Assembly (NCBI GenBank): GCA_934432675.1
Contig: CAKRYT010000002.1
Span: forward strand, 162,420-226,419
Direction: 5' to 3'
Length of the DNA: 64,000 bases
From: an uncultured Eubacteriales bacterium
GTDB lineage: Bacteria > Bacillota > Clostridia > Oscillospirales > CAG-272
Both the position numbers and the translations under genes were made by a program. Shown in pieces: positions 48,359 through 57,515 of this stretch; within the stretch, counting starts at the first letter, position 1; the number at the start of each line of letters is the position of its first letter. The notes beneath the pieces are model-generated. The model did not search any database, was not told the origin of the DNA, and saw only the letters and a list, made by a program, of their open reading frames with translations.

Positions 48359-49300
48359 TCACGCGAGGAACGTGAGAATGCCGGGCAGGAGTGTTTCCGC
48401 CATTTCATCGGGCGTTTTGCCGTCCGCTTCGACGGTCACGATCCCGGGGATCCGGCGGAAGTAGGTCATCTGCCGCTTGGCGTAGCGGCGGGTCGCCTGT
48501 TTGAGTGCCCCGACCGCCTCCTCCTCTGTGCAGGTGCCGTCCAGGTACGGCAGCAGTTCTTTATAGCCGATGGCGGCGGCGGCGGTCGCATTCTTCGCGA
48601 ACACGCCCGCGCGGCGTAGCCGCTCGGTCTCTCCGACGAGCCCTGCCGCCATCATGGCGTCCGTGCGCGCGTCGATGCGTGCGTAGAGGGTGGCGCGGTC
48701 GCGGAACACGGGCTCGATGATATAGAGCGAGAGGTCGGGATTTTCCGTCGGTGCCTCCCGGTCGAGGGTCGTCTTGGTCTTGCCGGTCGTGAGATACATT
48801 TCGAGTGCCCGTACGACACGGTGCACGTTGTTCGGGTGGGTCGCCGCCGCGGCATCCGGGTCAACGTCCGAGAGGCGGCGGTAGAGGGCGAGCCTGCCCT
48901 CCGGGGTCTCTGCCTGCGCCTGCAAGGCGGCGCGCAGGGCGGGATCGGGCGGCGGGGTCGCGGCGGTGTGCCGCCCAGTGCGGACGGCGTCGAGATAAAG
49001 TCCCGTCCCGCCGCAGAAGATCGGGACCTTTCCGCGGGCGGTGATGTCCCGCACCGCCGCCATCGCGGCATCTGCGTAATCGGAGGCGGAGAAGGGCGTG
49101 TCGGGGTCCACAAAGTCCACGAGGTGGTGGGGGCAGACCGCCGTTTCCGCGGCGGTGGGTTTCGCCGTCCCGATGTCCATGCCACGGTAGATCTGCATCG
49201 AGTCGCAGACGATGATTTCCGCCCCGAGCCGCGCGGCAAGTGAGAGCGAAAGTGCCGTTTTGCCGGAGGCGGTGGCACCGATGACGGCGATGGCTTTCAT
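48359..49300 (-). CDS. miaA: tRNA dimethylallyltransferase
   Basis: P-loop IGATASGKTALS, IIVCDSMQIYRGMDIGTAKP and a …GGTGLY… block; 313 aa. Its ATG overlaps the stop of the upstream PfkB-like gene (ATGA). Confidence 0.92.
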   Translation of the reverse strand: MKAIAVIGATASGKTALSLSLAARLGAEIIVCDSMQIYRGMDIGTAKPTAAETAVCPHHLVDFVDPDTPFSASDYADAAMAAVRDITARGKVPIFCGGTGLYLDAVRTGRHTAATPPPDPALRAALQAQAETPEGRLALYRRLSDVDPDAAAATHPNNVHRVVRALEMYLTTGKTKTTLDREAPTENPDLSLYIIEPVFRDRATLYARIDARTDAMMAAGLVGETERLRRAGVFAKNATAAAAIGYKELLPYLDGTCTEEEAVGALKQATRRYAKRQMTYFRRIPGIVTVEADGKTPDEMAETLLPGILTFLA

Positions 49301-50232
49301 CGGATGCGGTTACTCTTCACGAAGGCATCGACCTCTTCCTTCGTCGGGAGAGAGGCGATGGTGCCGGCGCGCGCCACCGTGAGTGCCCCGACGGCACCCG
49401 CGTACTTCGCGGCGGCGGTCATGTTGCCGCGCGTGCGGAGGTATTCCAGCGCGAGGGCGGCAAAATACGCTTCGGGGGCGGCGGCATTGTCGAGTGCCTT
49501 GATCGGCACGGGGCTGACCATAGAGAAGTGCCGCCCGTCAAAGAGAAAGGTGCCGCGGTCACCCATGTGGACGGCGTAAAAGCGTGAGGCGACCGTTTTG
49601 GAGAGGGCGAGCAGGGCGCGGAGTGCCGCGTCACTGCCGTTCGGGCGGATGCCCGTGAGCGACTCGATCTCGGTATCACTGAGGCAGACGATGTCCATCC
49701 TCGGCAGTTTGGCATAGGGAAAGTCACCCGTGACGGGGGCGAGATGCAGGAACATCGGCAGATGTTTCTCCGCCCCGCGTGCCGCCGCTTCGAGGACGAT
49801 GTCCTCCGAGAGGTCGAGGTGCAGGCAGAGTGCCTCCGGCTGGGTGGCGAACGCCGCATCCAGGTTGTCTCGTGTGAGGTTACGGTTGGCGGCGGGGTAG
49901 CAGACGGTGCGGACGGCACCGCCGTCCGACAAGAGGAGCCGCAGGCCGGTCGCCGCGCGCGCGTCCGCGATGATGGGAGAGGTATCCACGCGCGCCTCCG
50001 CGAGCAGGGCATAAAGCCGCTGCCCCTCCACGTCCTGCCCGAGGCGGCAGGAAAGTGCCGACTTCGCGCCCAGCCGCGCGAGCGCGACGGCGCAGTTGAC
50101 GCCCTGCCCGTCCGCGAGCCAGACGGGGGAGCGGTCTTCGACGGTGACGGTTTCTCCCGGCGCGGGGACACCCGTGGTCGGGAACAGTATATCCATGTAG
50201 GCGGGGCCTACGGTGAGTATTTTAGGATCCAT
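49297..50232 (-). CDS. PfkB/ribokinase-family protein with degenerate catalytic motif
   Basis: 311 aa with a ribokinase-like fold. The region aligned to the (D)TxGAGD anion-hole/catalytic motif reads LDNAAAPEAY, so Gly is replaced by Pro and Asp by Glu. Confidence 0.75.
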   Translation of the reverse strand: MDPKILTVGPAYMDILFPTTGVPAPGETVTVEDRSPVWLADGQGVNCAVALARLGAKSALSCRLGQDVEGQRLYALLAEARVDTSPIIADARAATGLRLLLSDGGAVRTVCYPAANRNLTRDNLDAAFATQPEALCLHLDLSEDIVLEAAARGAEKHLPMFLHLAPVTGDFPYAKLPRMDIVCLSDTEIESLTGIRPNGSDAALRALLALSKTVASRFYAVHMGDRGTFLFDGRHFSMVSPVPIKALDNAAAPEAYFAALALEYLRTRGNMTAAAKYAGAVGALTVARAGTIASLPTKEEVDAFVKSNRIR

Positions 50233-50319
50233 GGTACCTTACCTCCTTCGGTCGGAATTTTGCGCGGTGAGCGGCTTTTCCGTACGTTACTTTGACTTGT
50301 TTCCGTTCGTCCTGTCGTG

Positions 50320-52626
50320 TCAGACCATGCGGATGAGGTTGCATGCGCCGCCGATTTCGCAGGCGACGGTGTATTCGCGCCCGCGGCAGGTGAAGACGAA
50401 GGTCTGCATCCCGTCCCGCTCGGAGAGCGCGGAAAAGACTTTCAACATGGCGTAGCAACGGTCGTTGTCCTGGTGGGCGAAACTCTCGTCGAAACAGACC
50501 GGCGGCATCTCGCGGAACAGCAGCCGCACGAGCGACAGACGCAGGGCGATGTAGGCGATGTCACGCGTCCCGCCCGAGAGCACGTCGACGCTGCGCGTCG
50601 CACCCGCCCCGGGGAAGGTCATCGTCAGGTCGTCGCCGACCGTCATGGCGGTATATTTGCCGTCCGTCATGATGTCGACGAGCTCCTTTGCGTAGTGCGC
50701 GAGGCGGGGGGACAGTTCCGCCCGCAGGCGCATATCCGCCCCGGTCAGGGCACCGAGCGCGGTGTCGAGGGCGGTATAACGGCGACGGAGTTCCGCGAGT
50801 TCGTTCTCGGTCGCGGAGAGTTGTTCACCGACCTCCGCGGGGATCTCGGTCCCGGCATGGAGCGTCTCCATTGCCTGCCGGAGGTTTTCGGCGGTGTCCG
50901 TGAAATAGGTGAATTGTTCGGTGTAGTAGGCGATGCCCTCGTCAATCTGCTCCGGGGTGGTCTCGGAGAGGGTGGCGCGCATGCGGTCGGAGAGGGTGGC
51001 ACGCAGGGCATCCTCGTTGCAGGAGGCAAGCGTGGTCGTGAGAATTCCGGCGGTGTTCAGCAGTGCCGCGCGTCGCTCCGTGAGTTCGCGGTCGGTCTGA
51101 ATGGCGTCGCGCACGGAGCCCTCGAAAATGCCGAGGAACTCTTCGGCGTCGCCGGCGGCGGGCAGAGCTTTGCCCCAGAGGGCGAGTGCCTCATCGAGCA
51201 CGCCGCGCGCCGTGAAGTACGCGCCGCGCGTATCGTCCGAGCGTTCCCGCGCGGCGCGCAGGGCATCGACGTGGGCGGCGGCGGAAATGCGGTACTCGGA
51301 CACCAGTTTCATGCGGGCGCGGAGTTCGTTCGCGTTGCGTGCACCGTAGTCGAGGCAATAGGCACGCTCGGTCTCGTGCCGGTTGATGGTGAGGAGGGTC
51401 AGGACGACCGCCCCCACGAACAGAACGACCGACCCGACGATCCACAGGACGAGCGGTGCCCCAGAGAGGGCAGAGGAGAGGAAACGCGAGAGCCCGACCG
51501 CGAGCAGGATGGCGAGCAGGACCGCCACCCCGAGGGTGGAGCCGAGCAGGATCAGGAATTTGGAATGCAGGGCGGCGTGTCGCGAGAGGACCTGCCCCTC
51601 CCCGCCGTATTTGTCGGTGCGCTGAATGTTTTTCTGCACGTCGTGCGGCACGGCCTGCTTTCCTTCCAGTTCCCGCTGGGCGTTGTCCGCCGCCTCGTAG
51701 GCGGCGCGGCTCTCGGAAAAGAGGCGATGTTTGACGGCGAGGTCGGCGGCGTAGGTGTCGTCCGGGAAAAAGCCCTCGTAGGAGTTGCGCTCCCGGTGGT
51801 CGCGGATTTCGTCCGCGAGGACCGCCGCCTGTCGCTCCATGGTGTGCAGTTCCTCAAAGGAGGAGAGGATCAGGTGATTGCGGTACCCGACTTTCAATTC
51901 CTGCGTGCGGGCGAGTTGCTTTTTTGCGTCCTCGCGTTTCGCCACGGTGCGCTCGTATTCGCCGCGGAGACGGAGCAGCTCGCTCTGCCCGCGCATGGCG
52001 GCGGAGAAACGGGATGCCAGCGCGGAGGAACGCCCCTCCGTGTCCCGGATACGTCCGCTCTTACCGTCCGGGGACAGCAGTTCGTCCCGCGCGGCGGTCA
52101 GCCGTTCGATCGCGGCCCCCGTATTGATTTTTTCGTCGCCCGAGAACATCAGGTTTTCGATCGACTCGCGCACCTCGTCACCGGACTTACCGTCCGCGAG
52201 CTGCCCGAGGAAAGCGGTGGACTCGTAGAGCGCGCGCCCGACGCCGAGCAGAGCCTCGCCCGGGGACATACCGAAGTTCACGGTGCGGGAGGCGTTGATG
52301 TCGGTGACCTCGCAGGTCTCGGTATAACGGACGTTGTCACCATCGCCGTGCCGTGCGACGCGGCGGTCGATGCGATAACGCCCGGAGGCGGTCGAGAGGG
52401 TCATGGAGCCCTCTGCCGTACCGGTCTGCCAGTTGATGCGTTTCTCGCGCTCGGAGAGGAGCCCTTCGTTCTCGTCAAAACCGTAGAGCATGAAGCGGAT
52501 AAAGGCGGCAAGGGTGGTCTTGCCCGTCTCGTTTCCGCCCTCAATGATGTTGAGACCGTTCTCAAAACTCACGGTATAGTTGCGAAGCAGTCCGAAACTG
52601 CGGACGCTGACCTGTTCGAGTTTCAT
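50320..52626 (-). CDS. Rad50/SMC-like (YhaN-type) ATPase with central transmembrane hairpin
   Basis: 768 aa from the ATG at 52626 (GGAAGGAAA RBS). N-terminal Walker A is GGNETGKTT, followed by a long helical region. Two hydrophobic helices (FLILLGSTLGVAVLLAILLAVGL, APLVLWIVGSVVLFVGAVVLTLL) sit mid-protein. The C-terminus has signature LSGGTRD and Walker B PPVCFDESF. Confidence 0.8.
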   Translation of the reverse strand: MKLEQVSVRSFGLLRNYTVSFENGLNIIEGGNETGKTTLAAFIRFMLYGFDENEGLLSEREKRINWQTGTAEGSMTLSTASGRYRIDRRVARHGDGDNVRYTETCEVTDINASRTVNFGMSPGEALLGVGRALYESTAFLGQLADGKSGDEVRESIENLMFSGDEKINTGAAIERLTAARDELLSPDGKSGRIRDTEGRSSALASRFSAAMRGQSELLRLRGEYERTVAKREDAKKQLARTQELKVGYRNHLILSSFEELHTMERQAAVLADEIRDHRERNSYEGFFPDDTYAADLAVKHRLFSESRAAYEAADNAQRELEGKQAVPHDVQKNIQRTDKYGGEGQVLSRHAALHSKFLILLGSTLGVAVLLAILLAVGLSRFLSSALSGAPLVLWIVGSVVLFVGAVVLTLLTINRHETERAYCLDYGARNANELRARMKLVSEYRISAAAHVDALRAARERSDDTRGAYFTARGVLDEALALWGKALPAAGDAEEFLGIFEGSVRDAIQTDRELTERRAALLNTAGILTTTLASCNEDALRATLSDRMRATLSETTPEQIDEGIAYYTEQFTYFTDTAENLRQAMETLHAGTEIPAEVGEQLSATENELAELRRRYTALDTALGALTGADMRLRAELSPRLAHYAKELVDIMTDGKYTAMTVGDDLTMTFPGAGATRSVDVLSGGTRDIAYIALRLSLVRLLFREMPPVCFDESFAHQDNDRCYAMLKVFSALSERDGMQTFVFTCRGREYTVACEIGGACNLIRMV

Positions 52627-53339
52627 TTCCGTTTTCCTTCCTTTGCACAGGTGTCTTCCGCCGTGAGAAATGCCACCGTGCGCTCGATTGCGTCTTTGGC
52701 GTCGTACCACGGCTCCTCATCGTAGCGGTAATCGAATTTTTTGCAGAACCAGCTGACGTCTCCCCGCAGTTTTTGCAGGTAGGATTTTACGGTGTCTGCC
52801 ATCGTGCGGTAAAACAGCGCGTACTCCTTTTTGGAAAGGCGGTTTTTGCCGTACTGAATGAGTGAGAGAAAATGCGTCAGACAAAAGCGTTTCTGCTCGG
52901 CAAAGAGCCGTCTGAACTCCTCGTCGCGCTCCCAGAGCAGGACGACCGTCTCTTCCATGCGCACGAGGGTATCGTTCATGCGGTCGCAGACGTAACAGCG
53001 CGACAGCATTTCGCCGATCCGCCGTGTCGGTTTATCCCCGGGGGTACCGAGCAGACCGTCCGCGAGCATCCCTTCCACTTCCGCGAGGTGCGACTCCATC
53101 ATGAGGGCGAGGGGCAGGCGGTTCTGCCGTGTGAGCATCATGCGGAAATGGCGGCCGCAGAACCCTACTTCATTGGTGCGGATGCGTACGTCTGGCTCCA
53201 TCATCGCGGCACCCAGGATGCGGTCAAGTTCGCTGTCTTCGAGTTTGCGGCTGAGCGCGCAGATCGGGCAGGCACCGAGCGGCTCTTCACGACAGGCGAG
53301 AAACGCCTCCTTGACGGGTATGGTGTAGATCTGGTCCAT
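52623..53339 (-). CDS. hypothetical Cys/His-rich protein with duplicated CxxC…CxxH module (DUF6062-like?)
   Basis: 238 aa from the ATG at 53339 (AAAGGAG RBS). It has C24xxC27…C61xxH64 and C115xxC118…C153xxH156. Its stop overlaps the ATPase start (ATGA). Confidence 0.7.
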   Translation of the reverse strand: MDQIYTIPVKEAFLACREEPLGACPICALSRKLEDSELDRILGAAMMEPDVRIRTNEVGFCGRHFRMMLTRQNRLPLALMMESHLAEVEGMLADGLLGTPGDKPTRRIGEMLSRCYVCDRMNDTLVRMEETVVLLWERDEEFRRLFAEQKRFCLTHFLSLIQYGKNRLSKKEYALFYRTMADTVKSYLQKLRGDVSWFCKKFDYRYDEEPWYDAKDAIERTVAFLTAEDTCAKEGKRK

Positions 53340-53459
53340 TGGCGGGGCTCCTTTCGGATCGGTCGGGCACGGTGGCACGTCGGTGGCACGGGGCACGCCG
53401 GCGCAAAACGCCGTATGGCAGTCATCTGCCGAACGCTCGTGTGTGTCGGGGGGCGGCGG

Positions 53460-53497
53460 TGGTGGAGCATAGGGGATTCGAGCCCCTGACCCCGGTC
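53460..53497 (-). other. tRNA-Ala/tmRNA-like 3' fragment (T-arm + 3' acceptor strand + encoded CCA); not an intact tRNA
   Basis: On the minus strand: GACCGGGGTC-AGGGG-CTCGAAT-CCCCT-ATGCTCC-A-CCA. No complementary 5' acceptor strand (GGAGCAT or GGGGCAT) occurs within 400 nt upstream. Confidence 0.5.
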
Positions 53498-53586
53498 GCA
53501 CGCCTACATGTGCCCGGGAGTGCGGGACGCGCAGGTCCGTGGGCGCGCGAAAGCGCGCAGAGTGCAAAAATACAGACTATATCCAT

Positions 53587-53615
53587 ATTATAGCGCACGG
53601 CTTTTCCTTTTGCAA
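53587..53615 (-). promoter_or_regulatory. consensus-like promoter aimed at the tRNA-like fragment
   Basis: On the minus strand: TTGCAA (53615-53610), a 17-nt spacer, then TATAAT (53592-53587). This lies about 120 nt upstream of the …CCACCA end. Confidence 0.5.
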
Positions 53616-53871
53616 GGGGAGACCGCAAAATCCGACCGTCTTTTTCCGCTTTGGCAAAGGGGCGGGCAGTGCCCGATGCCGCACGAGGCGACCGACGTCT
53701 CCGCGCGCGACGGGCCGGTATGCCGCACATGGTGACCGACGATCCCGAACGCGGCGGCTCCGTCCACGGAGGGAAAGAGGAAAGGGGCACACCGTGATAT
53801 GAAGCAACATTGCGATGTGGGACAACACTTTGGCGGGGAGAACGCCGTGGCGCGGGACACTGCGGCACGGG

Positions 53872-53915
53872 AAAACAAAAACGGAGAGGAGCCCGGTTTT
53901 CTTGGCTCCTCTCCG
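53872..53915 (-). terminator. intrinsic terminator of the nusA-infB operon
   Basis: On the minus strand: CGGAGAGGAGCC-aagaaaaccg-GGCTCCTCTCCG followed by TTTTTGTTTT. Two more GC hairpins lie between it and the infB stop. Confidence 0.8.
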
Positions 53916-54007
53916 TGATACGGTGGATTTTCTGCTTGCTATGGTGCCCGCCCGAACGGGGCGGGACCGCGTCGCACGGCGGCGTCTGCCGCCGTGCGGG
54001 GCTTTGG

Positions 54008-56866
54008 TCACTGCGGGATCTCCTCCATGATGAATGCCTCGTAGGTGTCCCCGACTTTCACGTCGTTAAAGGTTTTCAGACCTACGCCGCATTCATAGCC
54101 GGCGGCGACTTCCTTCGCATCGTCCTTGAAACGTTTGAGGGACGCGATCTCGTCCTCACAGATGAGCATGCCGTCGCGCACGATGCGGATCTTCGCATGA
54201 CGGGCGATTTTGCCGTCGAGGACGTAGCAACCGGCGATGGTGCCGACATTGGGGACGCGGATGGTCTGGCGGCATTCGGCATGGCCGAGGAGCACTTCGC
54301 GATACTTGGGCGCGAGCATCCCTTTGAGTGCCGCCTGTACCTCGTCGATACAGTCGTAGATGACGCGGTAGGTGCGGATGTCGACACCCTGCCGCTCCGC
54401 ACTGTCGAGTGCGGTCTTGTCGGGACGGACGTTGAACCCGACGATGATCGCCTGTGATGCCGCCGCGAGCATGACGTCGCCTTCCGTGACACCGCCGACG
54501 GCGGCATGGATGATGTTGACCTTCACCTCGTCGGTGGAGAGTTTTTGGAGCGACTGTTTGACGGCCTCGGCAGATCCGCCGACATCGGCTTTGATAACGA
54601 TGTTCAGCGTCTTGACGCCCTCGGCAATCTGGTCGAACAGGGCGTCGAGCGAGACGCGGGCGGTCGCCTTGAATTCTTCCTGACGCGCCTGTTCGCGGCG
54701 TTGTTCCGCGAGGCTGCGCGCCATCTTCTCGTCTTCGACGGCGTTGAATTCGTCACCAGACGCGGGTACTTCGGAAAGACCGATAATCTCGGCGGGGACA
54801 CTCGGCCCCGCGACCTTCATCTGCTCACCGCGCTCGTTGGACATGGCACGGACGCGCCCGACGGCGGTGCCGGCGATGACGATATCGCCCGCGTGGAGCG
54901 TACCGTTCTGCACAAGGACGGTGGCAACGGGGCCGCGGCCCTTGTCGAGGCGGGACTCAATGACAAGTCCCTTGGCGCGACGGTTGGGATTGGCTTTCAG
55001 TTCCTTGACCTCTGCCACGAGCAGGACGGATTCCAGGAGTTTGTCGATGTTCATGCCGGTCAGAGCCGAAACGGGAACGCAGATGACGTCACCGCCCCAT
55101 TCCTCGGGGACGAGGTCGTACTTGGTGAGTTCCTGCATGACCTGATCGGGGTTGGCGTGCGGTTTATCCATCTTGTTGATGGCGACGATGATGTCAACGC
55201 CTGCCGCTTTCGCATGGTTAATCGCCTCGACGGTCTGCGGCATGATGCCGTCGTCCGCGGCGACCACCAGGATGGCGATATCCGTCGCCTGCGCGCCTCT
55301 GGCGCGCATGGCGGTAAACGCCTCGTGGCCGGGGGTATCGAGGAAGGTGATGTCTTTCCCGTGCACGGTGACGCGGTAGGCACCGATGTGCTGGGTGATG
55401 CCGCCTGCCTCGCCCTTGGTCACGCTGGTGTGACGGATGGCGTCGAGCAGGGAGGTCTTACCGTGGTCGACGTGACCCATGACGCAGACAACGGGGCTGC
55501 GCTCCACCAGGTTTTCGTCGCTGTCCTCCTCGGTCTCAAAGAGGCGTTCCTCAATCGTGACGACGACCTCTTTCGTGACCTTGACGTTGAACTCCTCCGC
55601 AATCAGGTAGGCGGTGTCGTAATCGATCTCGTCCGTCACCTTGACCATCATGCCGTTCATCATGAGTTTCTTCATGACCTCGGCGGCGGTCTTCTTCATG
55701 CGGGAGGCGAACTCACCGACCGAGATGGTGTCGGGGACGGTGATCTCCAACTGTTTCTTGCGTGCCTGTTCCAGTTGCATCCGACGGATGCGCTCCTGGG
55801 CGGCGCGTTCCTTCTCGCGGACGTTCTTGCCCTGCGAGCGGGTATCCTGCTTTTTGAGTTTCTGTCTGCCCGAGTCGCGGTCGGTCCTGCCCGTCGTCGC
55901 ATACCGCGAGACGAGGCGTTCGTCGTATCTGCCGAGGTCGACCTGCGTCGTACGGGTGTCGACGATACGCACCTTCGGCTCTGTCGTGACGACCGTCACC
56001 GTCTCGCCCGTGCCGTCACCGGCACCGCCGGTGACCACGATGCGGTTCTTGCGTTCTTCACGCTTTTCGGGTTTCTCGTTCTTTTGCGGTTTTGCCGCGG
56101 TGTCCTCTCCCGGTTTGCGCTCAAAACGACTGAAACGGTCTACGGGCTCTTTCTTCTTGATCGGCTTGAATTCCTTTGCGGGGGCCGTAGCGGCGGCGGG
56201 CGTCTCGGCGGTCTTGGTCGCCTGCGCTGCCTGTGCCGCTGCCTGGGCGCGTTTTGCCTCCTGCGCGGCGGCGGCGGGGGTCGCACTGCTGTCGATCTTC
56301 GGCTCCGGGCGGCTTGCCTGCTCGCGGCGGAACTGCTCCATGCGGCGGGCGATGTCCTCCTGGCTCACCGGCTTACGACGCTCGGGACGTGCCGGTGCCG
56401 ACGGCTGTTGCCCGCGGTTATCGGGGCGACGGTCGCCTGCGGTCTGTCTCTGCGGGGCACCGGTCGCCTGCGGGGCAGGACGCTGCGTGCGCGCGGCGGC
56501 GTGGTCCTTCGGGACGGTATAACGGGGCTCCTCCGGTTTCTTCGGTGCCTCGGGTGCCGGGGCGGGTGCCGGCTTTTTCGGTGCCGGAGACGTTGTGGCA
56601 GGGGCGGCTTTCTGCGGTGCGGGGGCAGGTGTCTCCGCCTTCGGCTCTGCTTTGGGGCGGTCGCTGTGCAGGGTGGCTTTCCCCGACAGGTAGTCCTCCA
56701 AGTTCTCGATCTGATTCTGCGCCGTGATCAGCGCGAGGAAGATCTCATACTCCTCCCCCTCGATCGTCCCGCCGACGTTCTTCTTGATGCCGACGGTATC
56801 GAGCAGCGCGACGAGATCTTTCGCCGCGATCCCAAAGTCCTTCGCAATTCCGTTGATTTTTGCCAT
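54008..56866 (-). CDS. infB: translation initiation factor IF-2
   Basis: The N-terminal region is Ala/Pro/Lys-rich. The G-domain has [22 protein letters not shown] and NKMD. I chose the ATG at 56866 ([12 protein letters not shown]…); the track start at 56872 is a TTG. Confidence 0.96.
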   Translation of the reverse strand: MAKINGIAKDFGIAAKDLVALLDTVGIKKNVGGTIEGEEYEIFLALITAQNQIENLEDYLSGKATLHSDRPKAEPKAETPAPAPQKAAPATTSPAPKKPAPAPAPEAPKKPEEPRYTVPKDHAAARTQRPAPQATGAPQRQTAGDRRPDNRGQQPSAPARPERRKPVSQEDIARRMEQFRREQASRPEPKIDSSATPAAAAQEAKRAQAAAQAAQATKTAETPAAATAPAKEFKPIKKKEPVDRFSRFERKPGEDTAAKPQKNEKPEKREERKNRIVVTGGAGDGTGETVTVVTTEPKVRIVDTRTTQVDLGRYDERLVSRYATTGRTDRDSGRQKLKKQDTRSQGKNVREKERAAQERIRRMQLEQARKKQLEITVPDTISVGEFASRMKKTAAEVMKKLMMNGMMVKVTDEIDYDTAYLIAEEFNVKVTKEVVVTIEERLFETEEDSDENLVERSPVVCVMGHVDHGKTSLLDAIRHTSVTKGEAGGITQHIGAYRVTVHGKDITFLDTPGHEAFTAMRARGAQATDIAILVVAADDGIMPQTVEAINHAKAAGVDIIVAINKMDKPHANPDQVMQELTKYDLVPEEWGGDVICVPVSALTGMNIDKLLESVLLVAEVKELKANPNRRAKGLVIESRLDKGRGPVATVLVQNGTLHAGDIVIAGTAVGRVRAMSNERGEQMKVAGPSVPAEIIGLSEVPASGDEFNAVEDEKMARSLAEQRREQARQEEFKATARVSLDALFDQIAEGVKTLNIVIKADVGGSAEAVKQSLQKLSTDEVKVNIIHAAVGGVTEGDVMLAAASQAIIVGFNVRPDKTALDSAERQGVDIRTYRVIYDCIDEVQAALKGMLAPKYREVLLGHAECRQTIRVPNVGTIAGCYVLDGKIARHAKIRIVRDGMLICEDEIASLKRFKDDAKEVAAGYECGVGLKTFNDVKVGDTYEAFIMEEIPQ

Positions 56867-56920
56867 AGTCAAATTCCCGACCCGTCATCGGGTCGTCCCC
56901 CGCACCGGGGATCCTTTCTC

Positions 56921-57250
56921 TTACTTACATTCCAGCCTGAGCTGGTCGGCGAAGCCGCCGTCCAGTACCCCGACCGACACGAGCGGGCGGGCGGTGCCGA
57001 GCAGATGCCCGAGCACCTCCGGTGCCACGTCGATCGTGAGGCAGGGAATGCTGTAAAAACTGCATTGATGGGACAGTCGCCGACGCGTTCCTTCGGACGC
57101 ACCCGAGGAGACAAGGATGAGGACGGGCTTCTTCTTTGCCCGCATCTGTTCACAGATCACTTCGGTGCCGAGCACCGTTTTTCCAGCCTTCCTTGCCAGC
57201 CCCAGCATCCTGAGAAACCGCTCGGTAACTTCGCTTGCCGCCTTACACAT
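56921..57250 (-). CDS. ylxQ: L7Ae-family RNA-binding protein YlxQ
   Basis: Contains …LGLARKAGKTVLGTEVICEQMRAKKKPVLILVSSGASEGT… and lies between ylxR and infB. The start is uncertain (ATG at 57250 or TTG at 57259). Confidence 0.8.
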   Translation of the reverse strand: MCKAASEVTERFLRMLGLARKAGKTVLGTEVICEQMRAKKKPVLILVSSGASEGTRRRLSHQCSFYSIPCLTIDVAPEVLGHLLGTARPLVSVGVLDGGFADQLRLECK

Positions 57251-57515
57251 CGGAGGCAATCTCCGCTTCCAGTTTGTCGTACACGGGAGCGGGTATCTCG
57301 CATTCCAGATTCTGCGCGAGGCGATTGGTCTTGCGCGCGCGTTTCAGACACTCTGTACTGTGGCAGAGGTACGCGCCCCGCCCGGACTTCTTGCCGGTAC
57401 GGTCGAGGGAAATCTCCCCCTCGGGCGACCTGACCACACGGATGAGTGTCGTCTTCGGAAACCGCCCCCCGCACCCGACACAGCGGCGTTCGGGTATCTT
57501 TTTCGTGGTGTTCAT
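57243..57515 (-). CDS. ylxR: YlxR/RnpM (DUF448) RNA-binding protein
   Basis: Contains IPERRCVGCG…, a …RVV… block and …GRGAYLC… motifs. Its ATG overlaps the nusA stop. Confidence 0.85.
   Translation of the reverse strand: MNTTKKIPERRCVGCGGRFPKTTLIRVVRSPEGEISLDRTGKKSGRGAYLCHSTECLKRARKTNRLAQNLECEIPAPVYDKLEAEIASDV

Noticed and set aside
50317-52725. 802-aa plus-strand ORF
   Set aside because: It is antisense to the SMC-like ATPase. The minus-strand frame carries Walker A, signature and Walker B motifs, TM helices and a good RBS, whereas the plus frame has none of these.
53460-53900. Full-length tRNA or tmRNA (ssrA) gene on the minus strand
   Set aside because: I found no 5' acceptor strand (GGAGCAT/GGGGCAT), no D-arm or anticodon arm, no GGxUUCGAC tmRNA 5' motif and no tag-like reading frame upstream of the …GCUCCACCA end. 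Only GCGGCAU (6 of 7 pairing) occurs, and it lies upstream of the promoter. I kept the region as a tRNA-like fragment only.
53340-54007. Prophage or genomic-island boundary
   Set aside because: I looked for an integrase, recombinase, transposase or phage genes and for a compositional shift on either side of the tRNA-like fragment. I found none within the window, so an island cannot be asserted from this sequence alone.
54506-57433. 975-aa plus-strand ORF
   Set aside because: It is antisense to infB and ylxQ, and the translation is Arg/Gly/Leu-rich low-complexity sequence.
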